Shown one piece after another: positions 49,001 through 58,083 of a DNA stretch of 64,000 nt; the first letter of the stretch is position 1, and every line of letters begins with the position of its first letter. A program made the translations under genes and the position numbers. Source of the DNA: a virus; IMG/VR virus record IMGVR_UViG_3300035232_000453. The stretch is one strand, 5' to 3'. Under the pieces are notes generated by a model, which did not search any database, was not told where the DNA came from, and was given only the letters and a program-made list of their open reading frames with translations.

Positions 49001-49145
49001 TTACAAGGTCTTGCGGGTCAACTGGGTCTGATGCGTTTTTTACAATTTTAGCGGAAACATCAATATTGTTTGCCGCTCCTGCATCTAGTATTAGATCAGA
49101 TTCAGATTTAATTTTATCTGCCTGATGATTTATGTTTATAGCCAA
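46002..49145 (-). CDS. PKD-domain virion surface protein (TTG start)
   Basis: Repeated YxWDWGDG/WDFGDG PKD motifs; GAGGA Shine-Dalgarno. Confidence 0.75.
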   Translation of the reverse strand: MAININHQADKIKSESDLILDAGAANNIDVSAKIVKNASDPVDPQDLVTKVFLETAISNVDAGGDADTATVLEIIENIRIGAYVKSVDFVSDIVTGGAGLTATLTISTVGDPNRYTIDWGDGTQTTATTDSTPTHTYATNTGSPFDVNVTAFNNTGTGAGSSVQKLREDYITIFTGDPAVSFVVYDAPTGGNAITHWDDGDTVYFENTTTNTSGAVIQYTWDWADGSADDVINLDSVAGGVGGGRIAHTFALSTQQEVQRTVTLTLDSHSTATPSLLPLDDDASYKIYDTHTPDATSDITTGINEESNNGLTVTFTNGTEATIGSYSTYGTRYLWDFGDGTITTVNVGSNQSGDTARTITHKYTLLDNSVAMDYTGNLQVLSDHTSSPFESIDFVIHVEPDVRANILGSADTVSDRNGDNQYDVYDGVDYTGVNRALVTVNNTSENGDNHEYDWNDGSANNNEAGLTSVQHDFTGVTPGNYQLDFTATGTPDITAQTDSASLTFQVNAVPNAPGGLSTKTITLTDSAQGIDPKLANNFTDNSATSPVSAGASLKTNTERRYTNGTIDTSIAQNVYNGLSGTATAIVNGSADGSKAFTTSLNENGTFDSLVISDQRDANDSISSSTYPTGFFQTFDAKITKPFAEYSTGVNDQRIEHNATGNTNYVTVICDDLTSVPTIDLTSATLTESTAGSYRYISGIPYYNTGSPTLTLSGASLSDWIGQAYRDTNNVFEIANGTNSESTSGATISTQYKGYANLEAVSYLTAGIPNANTGFGSSYALADQTINITTSSVKAVETLKFKANNVNGSSNYAELTNTAVQVHTANPTGVIEDNIPVANSLGNGTITEDGLRIADFVNATTDTPTITGSTDYTATPFTGAVSVSGTQEATVRWGTLEHNTTDYSTGFLPVGPDRSADTGTQYFTFAFRRQVVANFDINITSNGIAGMWIAAPGTGVDNASGLNGWIECTSQYAGAGIPGSDTANGGNGADGCALTGADVVPTGSSINSSYTMTLGSENMSNATNNVVLVRVALASGKEITSISIGEAS

Positions 49146-49221
49146 CTTCTTCTATTCCTCACAATTTCGCCGCTCTTGCGTTTTTGTTATACTTACTTAT
49201 TTAACCAGCGTTTATTAATTA

Positions 49222-49830
49222 TTAATTTACGCTAGGGTTTCCATATAAGGAAAGAATAGCCCAACCAGACTCAGTAAAAATAAATTCTGCACACTGACCA
49301 ATGGTTACAAATGATATGTCTGTTCCATTTAAGAACGTGTCTGGTGTGACAACAATTGTACTACTTGGAGTATCAGTTACTACTAAAATTTTTCTTTCAC
49401 CTTCAATGCCATCTGCTAATGTTAGTGCAGTGCTAGTTGATGCATTTAGATAAACTGTGCCAGATGTTGATAAGGATACAGAGTTTGTAGCTGATGTTTT
49501 AACTGATACTACTTTTTGTAAAAATGCAATATCCCAAGGACTACTATTTGTTCCTAGATCATATTGTATTCCAGAATCAGTATTTGGTACAACATTACTG
49601 TTTACGTTTGCATTCAGCGTTAATGATCCTCCTGCGTTTCCTAATGATATAACGTTTCCGTTTACAACAAGAGTACCGCCGACATATAAATTGTCTAATA
49701 TGCCTGCTCCGCCTCTTACGCAAAGAGCAGATGTTGTTGATGCTAAATTCAAATCAGCAGCATTAACGTCTAATACGTTAGTGCTTTCTATTACTAGTGT
49801 TCCAGAATCTGGGTTAATGTGTGATGACAT
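49222..49830 (-). CDS. Virion structural protein
   Basis: ALCVRGGAGI..NLYVGG and YDLG...W fibre motifs; late promoter at 49868-49875. Confidence 0.7.
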   Translation of the reverse strand: MSSHINPDSGTLVIESTNVLDVNAADLNLASTTSALCVRGGAGILDNLYVGGTLVVNGNVISLGNAGGSLTLNANVNSNVVPNTDSGIQYDLGTNSSPWDIAFLQKVVSVKTSATNSVSLSTSGTVYLNASTSTALTLADGIEGERKILVVTDTPSSTIVVTPDTFLNGTDISFVTIGQCAEFIFTESGWAILSLYGNPSVN

Positions 49831-49902
49831 AATACTTTCTTCCTACTACTTCCTTTTATTATATATGTATTTATCAAAGACAAACCTTTTTGGCTGCTCA
49901 AA

Positions 49903-50146
49903 GAAAAAGACGCCAAAGCGTCTTTTTAGAATAAGCAAAATAGGTAGGATTCGGTTATACCTACAACCCCATAACACAGATACCATCTGAAATAAGGGAG
50001 CCAAGTTCCGCTTAGTATTGCGATGTGACACAGCGTATTTCTACTACCACGCCTGGGTACTACCCCTAACTTGCCAAGTTCGACCCTCTGGTAAAGGCCT
50101 CTTCCTTGCACTATAAACATTGAGCCGCTAAACTCTTTGTTGCTAT
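49903..50146 (-). ncRNA. Candidate structured ncRNA of ~240 nt, family unknown
   Basis: Own promoter and terminator, GC-enriched, multiple hairpins with G-U pairs on the minus strand, 3' H-type pseudoknot. Confidence 0.7.
49904..49927 (-). terminator. Intrinsic (bidirectional-type) terminator ending the candidate ncRNA
   Basis: AAAAAGACGC-UUUG-GCGUCUUUUU. Confidence 0.85.
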
Positions 50147-50152
50147 GTACTT

Positions 50153-50181
50153 AATATACAACATATTTGTACAAAGGTCAA
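50153..50181 (-). promoter_or_regulatory. sigma70-type promoter of the candidate ncRNA
   Basis: AAAGG-TTGACC-17-TATATT. Confidence 0.65.
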
Positions 50182-50222
50182 CCTTTATTTAATAAAAAAT
50201 TAATCTTTTTTAAAAATAAGCC

Positions 50223-50253
50223 AAAAAAATAGGCCCAATAAAGGGCCTATTTT
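50223..50253 (-). terminator. Intrinsic terminator after the major capsid gene
   Basis: AAAAUAGGCCC-UUUAUU-GGGCCUAUUUUUUU. Confidence 0.9.
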
Positions 50254-50275
50254 AGTATTACTTGTTAAGTTCGGT

Positions 50276-51439
50276 TTATGAGAACTTAAGGTTACCTGAT
50301 GCAACGTCAATTTTCGCTAAGTAGTCAGCTGCATTACCAAGAGATGAAGCTTGGTTGTTTAGCTCAACATAGCCATAACGTGTCATAAATGATACTGTTG
50401 GCTCGAAAGTTGATGGATCAAGTACTGTGCCTGAAGACATTAATGGAATGTATGGGCAATAGAATGCTGCCGCATCAATTTCACCGTCGCCTTTATAGCC
50501 AACTAGTACTGGAGCATTATCTGCCGCGTACTGGTCAACGAAAACACGCATAGTATTATTCAAAGTACCAACAAATTTAGTGTTAGTTGGAGCTTCAAAT
50601 GGACCTTCAGTTGTTCTTGCAAACGCTGAAGTTGTCGCACTTTGTAGTACTGTTAACATTGTTGGTGAAACAACAACGTAGTTACCTGCGCCACGACGTG
50701 TACGTGTAGCGATTAGGTTTGCAGATCTGTTAATAAGAACCGCTAGTGCAGCATGCTCGTCACCGACGAAAGTTGCTTGTCCTGAAACAGCGCCTTGGTC
50801 GTATGTGTCTGCAGCTGTACCTGCTAATGTACGTAGTGAAGTTAAAACTTCTTGATCGATTTCAGCAGTAATTTCTTGTGCAAGTGCTTGCATGATTTCT
50901 GCTTCAACGTCTAGACCGTGCATTGAATTAGCATCTTGTGCCGCTTCAAAAGTCCAACGTGCTGATAGTTTACGTGTTTTAGCTTCAACAGTTTGTTTCA
51001 ATACTTGGATTGAAAGTTTACGACCTGCTTCTGCTTCTAAAGAAGAAGTTGAAGTCGCTTTACCTGTTGCTGCGTCACCTGAGTAACCTTTTGCAATTGC
51101 AAATGGGCTTAGTGCTTCGTCGCCTGCTGTTGCAGTTGCGGCTGTTTCACCATATCTTACTCTTAGTGTGTGAATTTGTCCTACTGGACCTGTCATAGGT
51201 TGTACACCTACTAGTTCGTTCGCGATAACTGTTGGCATTACACGACGAATAACTGGAAGAATCACTTTGTTAAGTGATGCAACGTTACCTGCCATTGTTG
51301 TACCAGCTGCGGCTGATTCTGAAAGATAGCTCTTAGTGTTTTCTAGAACTGACTCCATAACAACCTTTTTGTTACCTGATAAACCATCTGTTAGTGCGTC
51401 TTTAGTTACGCCCCAATTTTCAAATAGATTCTGTGTCAT
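50276..51439 (-). CDS. gp23: Major capsid protein (gp23-like)
   Basis: GVQPMTGPVGQI, VEAKTRKLSARWT, EITAEIDQE, FYCPYIPL, FMTRYG motifs. Confidence 0.97.
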   Translation of the reverse strand: MTQNLFENWGVTKDALTDGLSGNKKVVMESVLENTKSYLSESAAAGTTMAGNVASLNKVILPVIRRVMPTVIANELVGVQPMTGPVGQIHTLRVRYGETAATATAGDEALSPFAIAKGYSGDAATGKATSTSSLEAEAGRKLSIQVLKQTVEAKTRKLSARWTFEAAQDANSMHGLDVEAEIMQALAQEITAEIDQEVLTSLRTLAGTAADTYDQGAVSGQATFVGDEHAALAVLINRSANLIATRTRRGAGNYVVVSPTMLTVLQSATTSAFARTTEGPFEAPTNTKFVGTLNNTMRVFVDQYAADNAPVLVGYKGDGEIDAAAFYCPYIPLMSSGTVLDPSTFEPTVSFMTRYGYVELNNQASSLGNAADYLAKIDVASGNLKFS

Positions 51440-51451
51440 TTGGAATTCTCC

Positions 51452-52549
51452 TTAGTTGATTCCTGCTAACTTTTTAAGGTTAATAATTTCGGCTTCATTT
51501 GCAGTTTCATTTGCAGTTGCTGCCTTGTTACCGGTAATCACAGTCTTCTGTGATTCTGTTAGTTTTTGTGATTTAACTGTGCTTGATTCATTTAATACTG
51601 TTGGTAAGTATTTGTTGAATTGAGCTTTAAGTTTACTTGTGCTTACGCTTTCAAGTAAGTTGTTCATTAATTCACGCTTATCTTTAGATAGTGGAGACAT
51701 AAGTTCAGTTATAACTGCCTCACGCTCACGGCTTTCGTTAATTGCTGCAACTTTATCAGTTGCTTCGGTAATTTTTGCCTCTCTATCTGCAATTTCTTTT
51801 TGTGATTCGTCAAGTTGACTCTTCACATCTGAAAGTTCTTTTGAAAGTTTAGAAATATGTGTTCCTTCAGCTATATGTGAACTCATAAACTCAGCTGCAA
51901 AAGTTTCGAACAGTTTACGTCCAAACATATTTTCTTTTGCTTGCTTTATATCTTCTTTCAACGTACCTAATTCAGTTGATAATGTTGTATCAACAATATT
52001 AGCTAGTTTAGTTGAAGCTTTGTCAATGAAATCAGTTTTAGCTTGATTGATCATTTCTTTACCTTCCGCAACAAGTTTTACCTTTTGTTCAATAAGGTCT
52101 TTCTTGTCATTATGGAATTCATTAAGTTCTGAAGTAAGTTGTTCCATCACAAAATCTTCTAGCTTCTCAAAGTTGCCTTCTTGTAGCTTTCTGTCTTTGC
52201 GTAGTTCTGTAATTTCCTTGTTAAGCGTTTCCATAACAAACTTATCAAGTATTTCTGCATGTTCTGAGATTTTACGTTTGTACTCAACTTGAGCTTCTAC
52301 TGCCGCTTTTTTGTCCGCTGCAAATTCTTGCAATTCAGTGTTAATCGTATCTGATACCATGGCATCTAGTGCTTCCACCATTGATGTCTTATCAGTTTCG
52401 TATCTGTTTGCGAATTCTTCACGTAATTCAGCAGTGATCTCTTCTCGAGCTTCTGTTAAACGTTCTTCCCATGCTTCTGAAAGTGTTGAACGCACTTCCT
52501 CAGAAAGGACTTCGGAACTTAGGAGTTGTTCTATTGCATTATTAGCCAT
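51452..52549 (-). CDS. gp22: Prohead scaffold/core protein (gp22-like)
   Basis: Acidic coiled-coil protein between the protease and the capsid gene; ends LKKLAGIN. Confidence 0.85.
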   Translation of the reverse strand: MANNAIEQLLSSEVLSEEVRSTLSEAWEERLTEAREEITAELREEFANRYETDKTSMVEALDAMVSDTINTELQEFAADKKAAVEAQVEYKRKISEHAEILDKFVMETLNKEITELRKDRKLQEGNFEKLEDFVMEQLTSELNEFHNDKKDLIEQKVKLVAEGKEMINQAKTDFIDKASTKLANIVDTTLSTELGTLKEDIKQAKENMFGRKLFETFAAEFMSSHIAEGTHISKLSKELSDVKSQLDESQKEIADREAKITEATDKVAAINESREREAVITELMSPLSKDKRELMNNLLESVSTSKLKAQFNKYLPTVLNESSTVKSQKLTESQKTVITGNKAATANETANEAEIINLKKLAGIN

Positions 52550-53179
52550 CTAGCTTCTCCTAATGTTTAGTTTTTCAATGAACTTTAATACTTCCTTCTG
52601 GAGGTATTGATTTGCTATTGTGTCGTCTTTTACTGCGGTTGCAACATCCAATAAAATATTACCACGGTGTCCATTCATGATCTGCTCATATAGAGGATCT
52701 GGGTATGCATCCGGGGCACTTGGATTAGCAACAATATCAACAGTTTGTATTTCAAAATCACTGACATTACCGCTTTCTGCTACGTTACCACTACCTCTTG
52801 ACGAAACGCCAAGTTTTACTCCGTTTTCTAAAAGGGTTTTACAAATATTTCCCATTGGAGTTGGTAACAGTTTTAAACGACCATAACCGTCTTGGCCGTC
52901 CATCCACATTTTTTCAATCATGTGAGATACACGGTCCAAATTGACTTGCAAATCATCTGGATGATCTGCTTCGCCTAATACTGAATAACCAGTTTCAATT
53001 TTTTCTTGTATTGCCTTAACGGCTTTTGAAATTTCTGTAACTGGATAAACTCTACTATTTTGATTACGCTTGTCACCTTGTACAAAGATACCTTGCATAA
53101 ACAAGTTCTTACCTTCCTGATCTGACTCAGTAATGATTTTTGCTTGATCGTAACTTAGGTTCTCTTTTAGTGTAAGCAT
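52550..53179 (-). CDS. gp21: Prohead protease (gp21-like)
   Basis: NQNSRVY, GEADHP, GVSSRGSG, DIVANPSAPDA motifs. Confidence 0.95.
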   Translation of the reverse strand: MLTLKENLSYDQAKIITESDQEGKNLFMQGIFVQGDKRNQNSRVYPVTEISKAVKAIQEKIETGYSVLGEADHPDDLQVNLDRVSHMIEKMWMDGQDGYGRLKLLPTPMGNICKTLLENGVKLGVSSRGSGNVAESGNVSDFEIQTVDIVANPSAPDAYPDPLYEQIMNGHRGNILLDVATAVKDDTIANQYLQKEVLKFIEKLNIRRS

Positions 53180-53181
53180 AA

Positions 53182-54024
53182 TTAGTTAGCCTTGCCTTTT
53201 TTCTCAGCACCGTGGCCTGCTGGGTTTGCTTTAAGATCGTCTATGTCTTGTGGACCATCAACGTTCATATCTTTAGCATCGCCTGTTAAGCCTTTTTTAG
53301 CGCCTTCTGAAGATTTCTTAGACATGTCTACTGTTTCGCCGCCCATGTCGTTCTTACCTGCAACTGGTGACGCTTTACCGTCATCGCCTGCTGGCATACT
53401 TACTGGAGCTGCTTTTAGTTCTGCACCTTCTTCGATTTCTTCTGAGTCTTCATCAGTTTCAGCATCAGTTTCTTCAATTACTGGAGATACTGCTTCTTCC
53501 ATTTCTGGTTCCATTTCTGGTTCCATTTCTGGCATAGCTTCTTCTTCTGAATCACCCATTACTTTGGCAAATTCTGCTTTAAGATCTGCTAGTGCGTCTT
53601 CGACGTTTACTAACTTATCTTCAATTTCTTCATGCTCTTCTTCGTGTGCTGATTCTTCACCATCACCGTCAAAGTCCATGTCGCCATCTTCGTCTGATAA
53701 TTCCATTTCAGCTTCTGGGTCGCTTAGATCTGATTCAGGAGCGTCTTCGCCGTCTTCATCTTCACCGAACATTTCTTCTGCTTCGATTTCTTCATCATCT
53801 TCTTCGATGTCGCCGATAAAGTCGTCAGCTTTTTCGTCGCTGATCGCTTCATCAATTTCTTCTTCTGCAACTTCATCTTCAACAACTTCGTCAGCTTCGA
53901 CTAGGTCATTCCAGATTTCACGTGCTTTTTCTACGAATGCTTCGTGTAATAGATCCGATGCTTGTGCTTCTTCACCATTAACTAGGCTTTCAATTACTTT
54001 AATATAACGTTCGCGAGTACTCAT
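53182..54024 (-). CDS. Highly acidic prohead core protein (gp67-like position)
   Basis: Very E/D-rich; located between portal and protease; AAGGAG Shine-Dalgarno. Confidence 0.7.
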   Translation of the reverse strand: MSTRERYIKVIESLVNGEEAQASDLLHEAFVEKAREIWNDLVEADEVVEDEVAEEEIDEAISDEKADDFIGDIEEDDEEIEAEEMFGEDEDGEDAPESDLSDPEAEMELSDEDGDMDFDGDGEESAHEEEHEEIEDKLVNVEDALADLKAEFAKVMGDSEEEAMPEMEPEMEPEMEEAVSPVIEETDAETDEDSEEIEEGAELKAAPVSMPAGDDGKASPVAGKNDMGGETVDMSKKSSEGAKKGLTGDAKDMNVDGPQDIDDLKANPAGHGAEKKGKAN

Positions 54025-54056
54025 TTGACATTCTCCTTTAAAGGTTATAACATGTG

Positions 54057-54089
54057 TATTTAGTCTTGGCATAGAGCAAGATGTCTTAA
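54057..54089 (-). promoter_or_regulatory. Late-type promoter (CTAAATA, 54057-54063) with an upstream copy of the operator (54076-54089)
   Basis: 54071-54088 is identical (18 bp) to 27326-27343. Confidence 0.65.
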
Positions 54090-54093
54090 ATAC

Positions 54094-54122
54094 AAAAAAA
54101 ACCGTGGTTTTGAAGTCACGGT
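54094..54122 (-). terminator. Intrinsic terminator
   Basis: ACCGUG..CACGGU stem followed by a long U-tract. Confidence 0.8.
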
Positions 54123-54156
54123 AGTGATTTTAGGCATTATAAGTGTATATTACTTA

Positions 54157-54351
54157 CTATGCTTCGGGGCTAGCGCCGTACTGTAGTTGCACATCTTCTA
54201 TCTTATCTGCATGCTCACTACGAGTCATTTCGCGTCTATTACGCATTTTGTTTAGATGTTTTAGTGTCAATTTAGGTCTACGAGTATCATCCTCGTCCCA
54301 TTTATTGAAGTTATCATCTTGTTCATTTTGTGCTAATTCATTAAATCGCAT
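54157..54351 (-). CDS. Small head-module protein (64 aa)
   Basis: MRFNEL...DTRRPKLTLKHLNKMR; CAGGAG Shine-Dalgarno; overlaps the portal end. Confidence 0.7.
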   Translation of the reverse strand: MRFNELAQNEQDDNFNKWDEDDTRRPKLTLKHLNKMRNRREMTRSEHADKIEDVQLQYGASPEA

Positions 54352-56014
54352 CGTCTGGTACTCCTGTGTCTCCACCTGTATCGGCATCGCCACCGTCTGT
54401 TGGTAGATCATCTAATCCTTCGTCATTGGCATTCTCTGCTCCTACGTCTGTAGGTTCAAAGCTATCTACGTCTGAGCCTCTTAGACCCATTCCACCTAAG
54501 TCGCCTGTAGCTGACCCGGCTGGTTGATTGCCTGCTTGATTTTCTTCTTTCCACATTCTTTCGTTCTCAACCATTTCTTCTTCGTTAAGTCCCAAATATC
54601 TTTGAAGTATAAATCTCTTAGATAAGTATGGAACACCTTCGATAGAACTAAATAGGTTTGCCTTTTGAGCATCAATTTCAATTGTTCTATATTGTGAGAA
54701 ACTCTGTGGTTCACTAAATGTTAAATTAAACAAACTAGCACTAACATCAACACCTCTATGCTTACAGAATAATTTAAACTCGTGGTCTAAAGACTGTTGT
54801 AGTGTTAATTGTAATCTTTCGCAATATTTTGCAAAACGGAATTCTTGGATCATTGCAGTACCAATTCGTCCGTCATTAAACGCCGCTATACCGTCTTCAC
54901 TTCCAGTAGGAAGGTACGATGTTGGTACACGAAGTCCACGCATAAGTTTGTTGTTAAAGTACTTTAAATCATCAATCTCACCTAGGTTTTCACCACCTGG
55001 TAATACTTCAACTTTAGATCCACGTCCTTCAGCTGTTTGAGCAAAGAAGTAATCTTCCATTATTGATAACGGGTTATAAGCTGCATCAACAACTTTAGTA
55101 CCACCGCCACTCATATTTGGAATACGTGTTTGGTGTACTTCATTTTTAACTCTTTCAACAAAGCCCATTGCCTTGTGTGCTGGCATATTACCAACATCAA
55201 CATAAAATACTCTACGCTCTGGAGCTCTTTGTACACGATAGATAATAATACTATCTTCTAATAATTCTTTTTGTTTGTATACTTTAAATACTGGTTCTAG
55301 TATACTATCACCAAATGGCCAGTTGCCATTCATTCCGTCTGATAAACTAACATGTACTACATGTCTAGCATCAACGGCAAATTCTGAATTTTGTCCACCT
55401 GATGAATTTGGTGTAACAATGCCCGAGTTTCCTTTACCAACTGTATAACCAGTTGTTGGATTTACTGCGGTTGAATCTGAATGTTTCTTAGTATCAGTTG
55501 CTACCAAGTCATGTAAGTTAAGTGCTATATTTTTAATAACATATTGATCAATTTCTCTGCCTTCACTTTCGTTAACAATTGCTTTGGCAATGTCACCCGG
55601 TTGTACAAAGATAAGTTTATATGTTTCTGGATCTCTGATAAAGAACTGATCACCGTATTTAATACAAGATCTAAACATAGTAAATATTCTACGTTCAAAG
55701 TTATTAATAGCAACCCACTGCTTTAATGTAGTTTCTAATGCACTTACTTCTGAGTCAGTTGGGCTTGTTTTGTAATTAATTTCAAAAGGCAAATTTGATT
55801 CTGGGTTTAATTGTGTACTAAATTCTGCAATAGTATCTAGTGCTGCATTAATCTCACTGTCTTGGTCCATTTGATCGTACTGTGTGTAACGCTCAACACG
55901 ATTTGGTTGACCTGAATATACTTCCGGTAGCCAACTTTGCCAGCGATTGTTACTCGTGGTTCCGGTTGTTCCACCTGGTGGATTATATTTTGTAAAGTGT
56001 TTTTTCCAACTCAT
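54341..56014 (-). CDS. gp20: Portal protein (gp20-like)
   Basis: LLEDSIIIYRVQRAPERRVFYVDVGNMP, EDYFF, LPGGENLGEIDDLKYF motifs. Confidence 0.95.
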   Translation of the reverse strand: MSWKKHFTKYNPPGGTTGTTSNNRWQSWLPEVYSGQPNRVERYTQYDQMDQDSEINAALDTIAEFSTQLNPESNLPFEINYKTSPTDSEVSALETTLKQWVAINNFERRIFTMFRSCIKYGDQFFIRDPETYKLIFVQPGDIAKAIVNESEGREIDQYVIKNIALNLHDLVATDTKKHSDSTAVNPTTGYTVGKGNSGIVTPNSSGGQNSEFAVDARHVVHVSLSDGMNGNWPFGDSILEPVFKVYKQKELLEDSIIIYRVQRAPERRVFYVDVGNMPAHKAMGFVERVKNEVHQTRIPNMSGGGTKVVDAAYNPLSIMEDYFFAQTAEGRGSKVEVLPGGENLGEIDDLKYFNNKLMRGLRVPTSYLPTGSEDGIAAFNDGRIGTAMIQEFRFAKYCERLQLTLQQSLDHEFKLFCKHRGVDVSASLFNLTFSEPQSFSQYRTIEIDAQKANLFSSIEGVPYLSKRFILQRYLGLNEEEMVENERMWKEENQAGNQPAGSATGDLGGMGLRGSDVDSFEPTDVGAENANDEGLDDLPTDGGDADTGGDTGVPDDAI

Positions 56015-56063
56015 AATGTATGCCTTTTATTGTATTTGTATTTATCTATTTACTTATTAACGT

Positions 56064-58082
56064 TTACGCTGAAAATCTCATACGCTGTTTTCTAAGTTGA
56101 TCAAAATTAAGATCTTCTGCATTTTTTACCCTAACTTCAGCTAGTTTATTACTTTCTTGCAATATATCCATTTCTCGTTTAGCTCTCTTAATAGCATCAT
56201 CTGTTAAACTCAGCCATGCAGTTTTATGTATTATACTACTATTATCATCATTTGTCAAGTTCGCTGTGCTAAAAGACATGGGTTTACTCTCTACAACACT
56301 TGCTGTTTCAGGTATTTCGTTTGCAAATGCAGAATCTGACCCACGTGTTACTTGTGCGTCACTAGTAGATGCAGTAGGTGTAAGCGAGGAAGTTTCTGTT
56401 GTTGTTTCATTTAATTCAGTTGCATTACTACCAAGTATATGCTCAAATAATGAATTAGATGATTTATTTAATGTTGAAGTAGTATCTGTTGCCCAACTAG
56501 TCATTGTTTCTAATGCACTACCAAATGTTTGCATAGGAACTGTAATAAACTCCTGTGCTGTTAAAAACATTTTAGCCATATCATTCATTGCTACTGTGGT
56601 TTTTCCAGACTCACCTAGTTTTGATTTAGTATCAACTAAATACCCATCAATTTCGGTATCAGTTTTATTGATCCAGTTTTTAAAATTCTTATTAATAAGT
56701 ATACCAGTTGATTGCAATTCTTGTATTAAACGTAAAGGCGAACCTGCTTCAGATCCAGCAGTTGCAATTTTTGTCATGTCTATTTTAGCAAATTCTTTGA
56801 CCATAAAGTTTTTAGCAACTTCTTCGCTTGCTTCACCGGAACGCACCATATCATTAATTCTGCCTAGGAAGCCTGGCATAGCTTTATCAAATGCTGCTCG
56901 TTGTTCTGTTGACATACCTGTTTCAACTTGAAACCTACTTATATCATCTGAAAACTCAACTAAGTTTCTATTAAATGCATCTTCGAGAGATTGCATTATT
57001 CCTGCCGCTGGTCCTGTGTCTTTAATTTGACCTAATTGTATCATTAATTGTTCAGCTGCTTTGGCAGTTTTTTCTAATCCCTGATCTCTTAAAGTTTGCG
57101 TACCTGCTGCTAAAAATTCATTACTCATTGCTGTCATAGCTGCCTGCAATGCTTCGCTTCGATTTAATGATGTTAGACTTGCCATAGCTGAACTTTCAAC
57201 TACTAAATTTATAAAACTCTTTTCTAACTCTTCGCCATTGTTTGCTAATTTTTTATCAAGGGCGCCAGTTAAACGTTGTGTTTCCATATACTGTGTATAC
57301 GTTTGCAATAATTCATTATTCAACATTCCAAGATCGCCTAGCGAATCTGTAGTAGTTGACATGCTTTTAAACATTTGTAATAATCTTACAGAGCCACCAG
57401 ATACATCACCGCCAAGTGCTGTCATTGTTCCACCGAAGTTTCCAACTGTTTCTGCAAATTTATCATATGTTATACCTGCCTGAAAACTATCTGTATATAA
57501 ATCATCAAAAATATCACCTGTCTCATAAAATATAGAACCAGCATCAATCATTGTTCGTTGTACTTTTGCAAACTGTTCGTACTTGGCTGCATTCCAACCT
57601 GCAAATGCTAATGCGGCATCTGTAGCAACTGCCATGCCTCCGCCAAACTTTTCAAAGAAAGGTTTAATACTTGGAATTTTTTCTGTTAAGTCCATTAGTC
57701 CACCTTTACCATTTGCATCTTTCATTTTGTCTGCTAATGTTCCAGCTGCATCAACTAAACTACTTAACGGTGTTTCAGAGTCTCCAAAAAAGTCTGCTAC
57801 GCTATTAACTTTTTTAACACCACCCATTATTGAATTAGCTGCATTTTCTGATTGTTTTTGATTTGTCTCGGCATTTCTAGCAACTGCATCAATGGCAGTT
57901 TCAACTGCATCTAATGTTGCTTGATTAATTTTTGCTGATTTTTTTGCATTTTGTAAAAGTTTTTTAGATAACACGTTAGTACCGTATGTGATATTTCCTA
58001 TACGTGCCATTGTGGCTTCTGTTGCCCAAGCTGGAACAACTAGCTCACCGTTTTGTGTTGGTATGTTATATGATTTTGCCAT
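56064..58082 (-). CDS. Tape-measure-like / baseplate hub protein, paralog 2
   Basis: Long Ala/Gly-rich helical protein; N-terminal VPAWATEAT. Confidence 0.55.
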   Translation of the reverse strand: MAKSYNIPTQNGELVVPAWATEATMARIGNITYGTNVLSKKLLQNAKKSAKINQATLDAVETAIDAVARNAETNQKQSENAANSIMGGVKKVNSVADFFGDSETPLSSLVDAAGTLADKMKDANGKGGLMDLTEKIPSIKPFFEKFGGGMAVATDAALAFAGWNAAKYEQFAKVQRTMIDAGSIFYETGDIFDDLYTDSFQAGITYDKFAETVGNFGGTMTALGGDVSGGSVRLLQMFKSMSTTTDSLGDLGMLNNELLQTYTQYMETQRLTGALDKKLANNGEELEKSFINLVVESSAMASLTSLNRSEALQAAMTAMSNEFLAAGTQTLRDQGLEKTAKAAEQLMIQLGQIKDTGPAAGIMQSLEDAFNRNLVEFSDDISRFQVETGMSTEQRAAFDKAMPGFLGRINDMVRSGEASEEVAKNFMVKEFAKIDMTKIATAGSEAGSPLRLIQELQSTGILINKNFKNWINKTDTEIDGYLVDTKSKLGESGKTTVAMNDMAKMFLTAQEFITVPMQTFGSALETMTSWATDTTSTLNKSSNSLFEHILGSNATELNETTTETSSLTPTASTSDAQVTRGSDSAFANEIPETASVVESKPMSFSTANLTNDDNSSIIHKTAWLSLTDDAIKRAKREMDILQESNKLAEVRVKNAEDLNFDQLRKQRMRFSA
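56230..56258 (-). promoter_or_regulatory. Consensus sigma70 promoter inside the 3' end of the upstream gene, pointing at the portal
   Basis: TTGACA-17-TATAAT. Confidence 0.55.
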
Positions 58083-58083
58083 A

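Noticed and set aside
49846-50120. 61 aa and 64 aa ORFs in the gap after gp23
   Set aside because: No Shine-Dalgarno, atypical composition, and the 61 aa ORF crosses a terminator; the region is better explained as a structured RNA.
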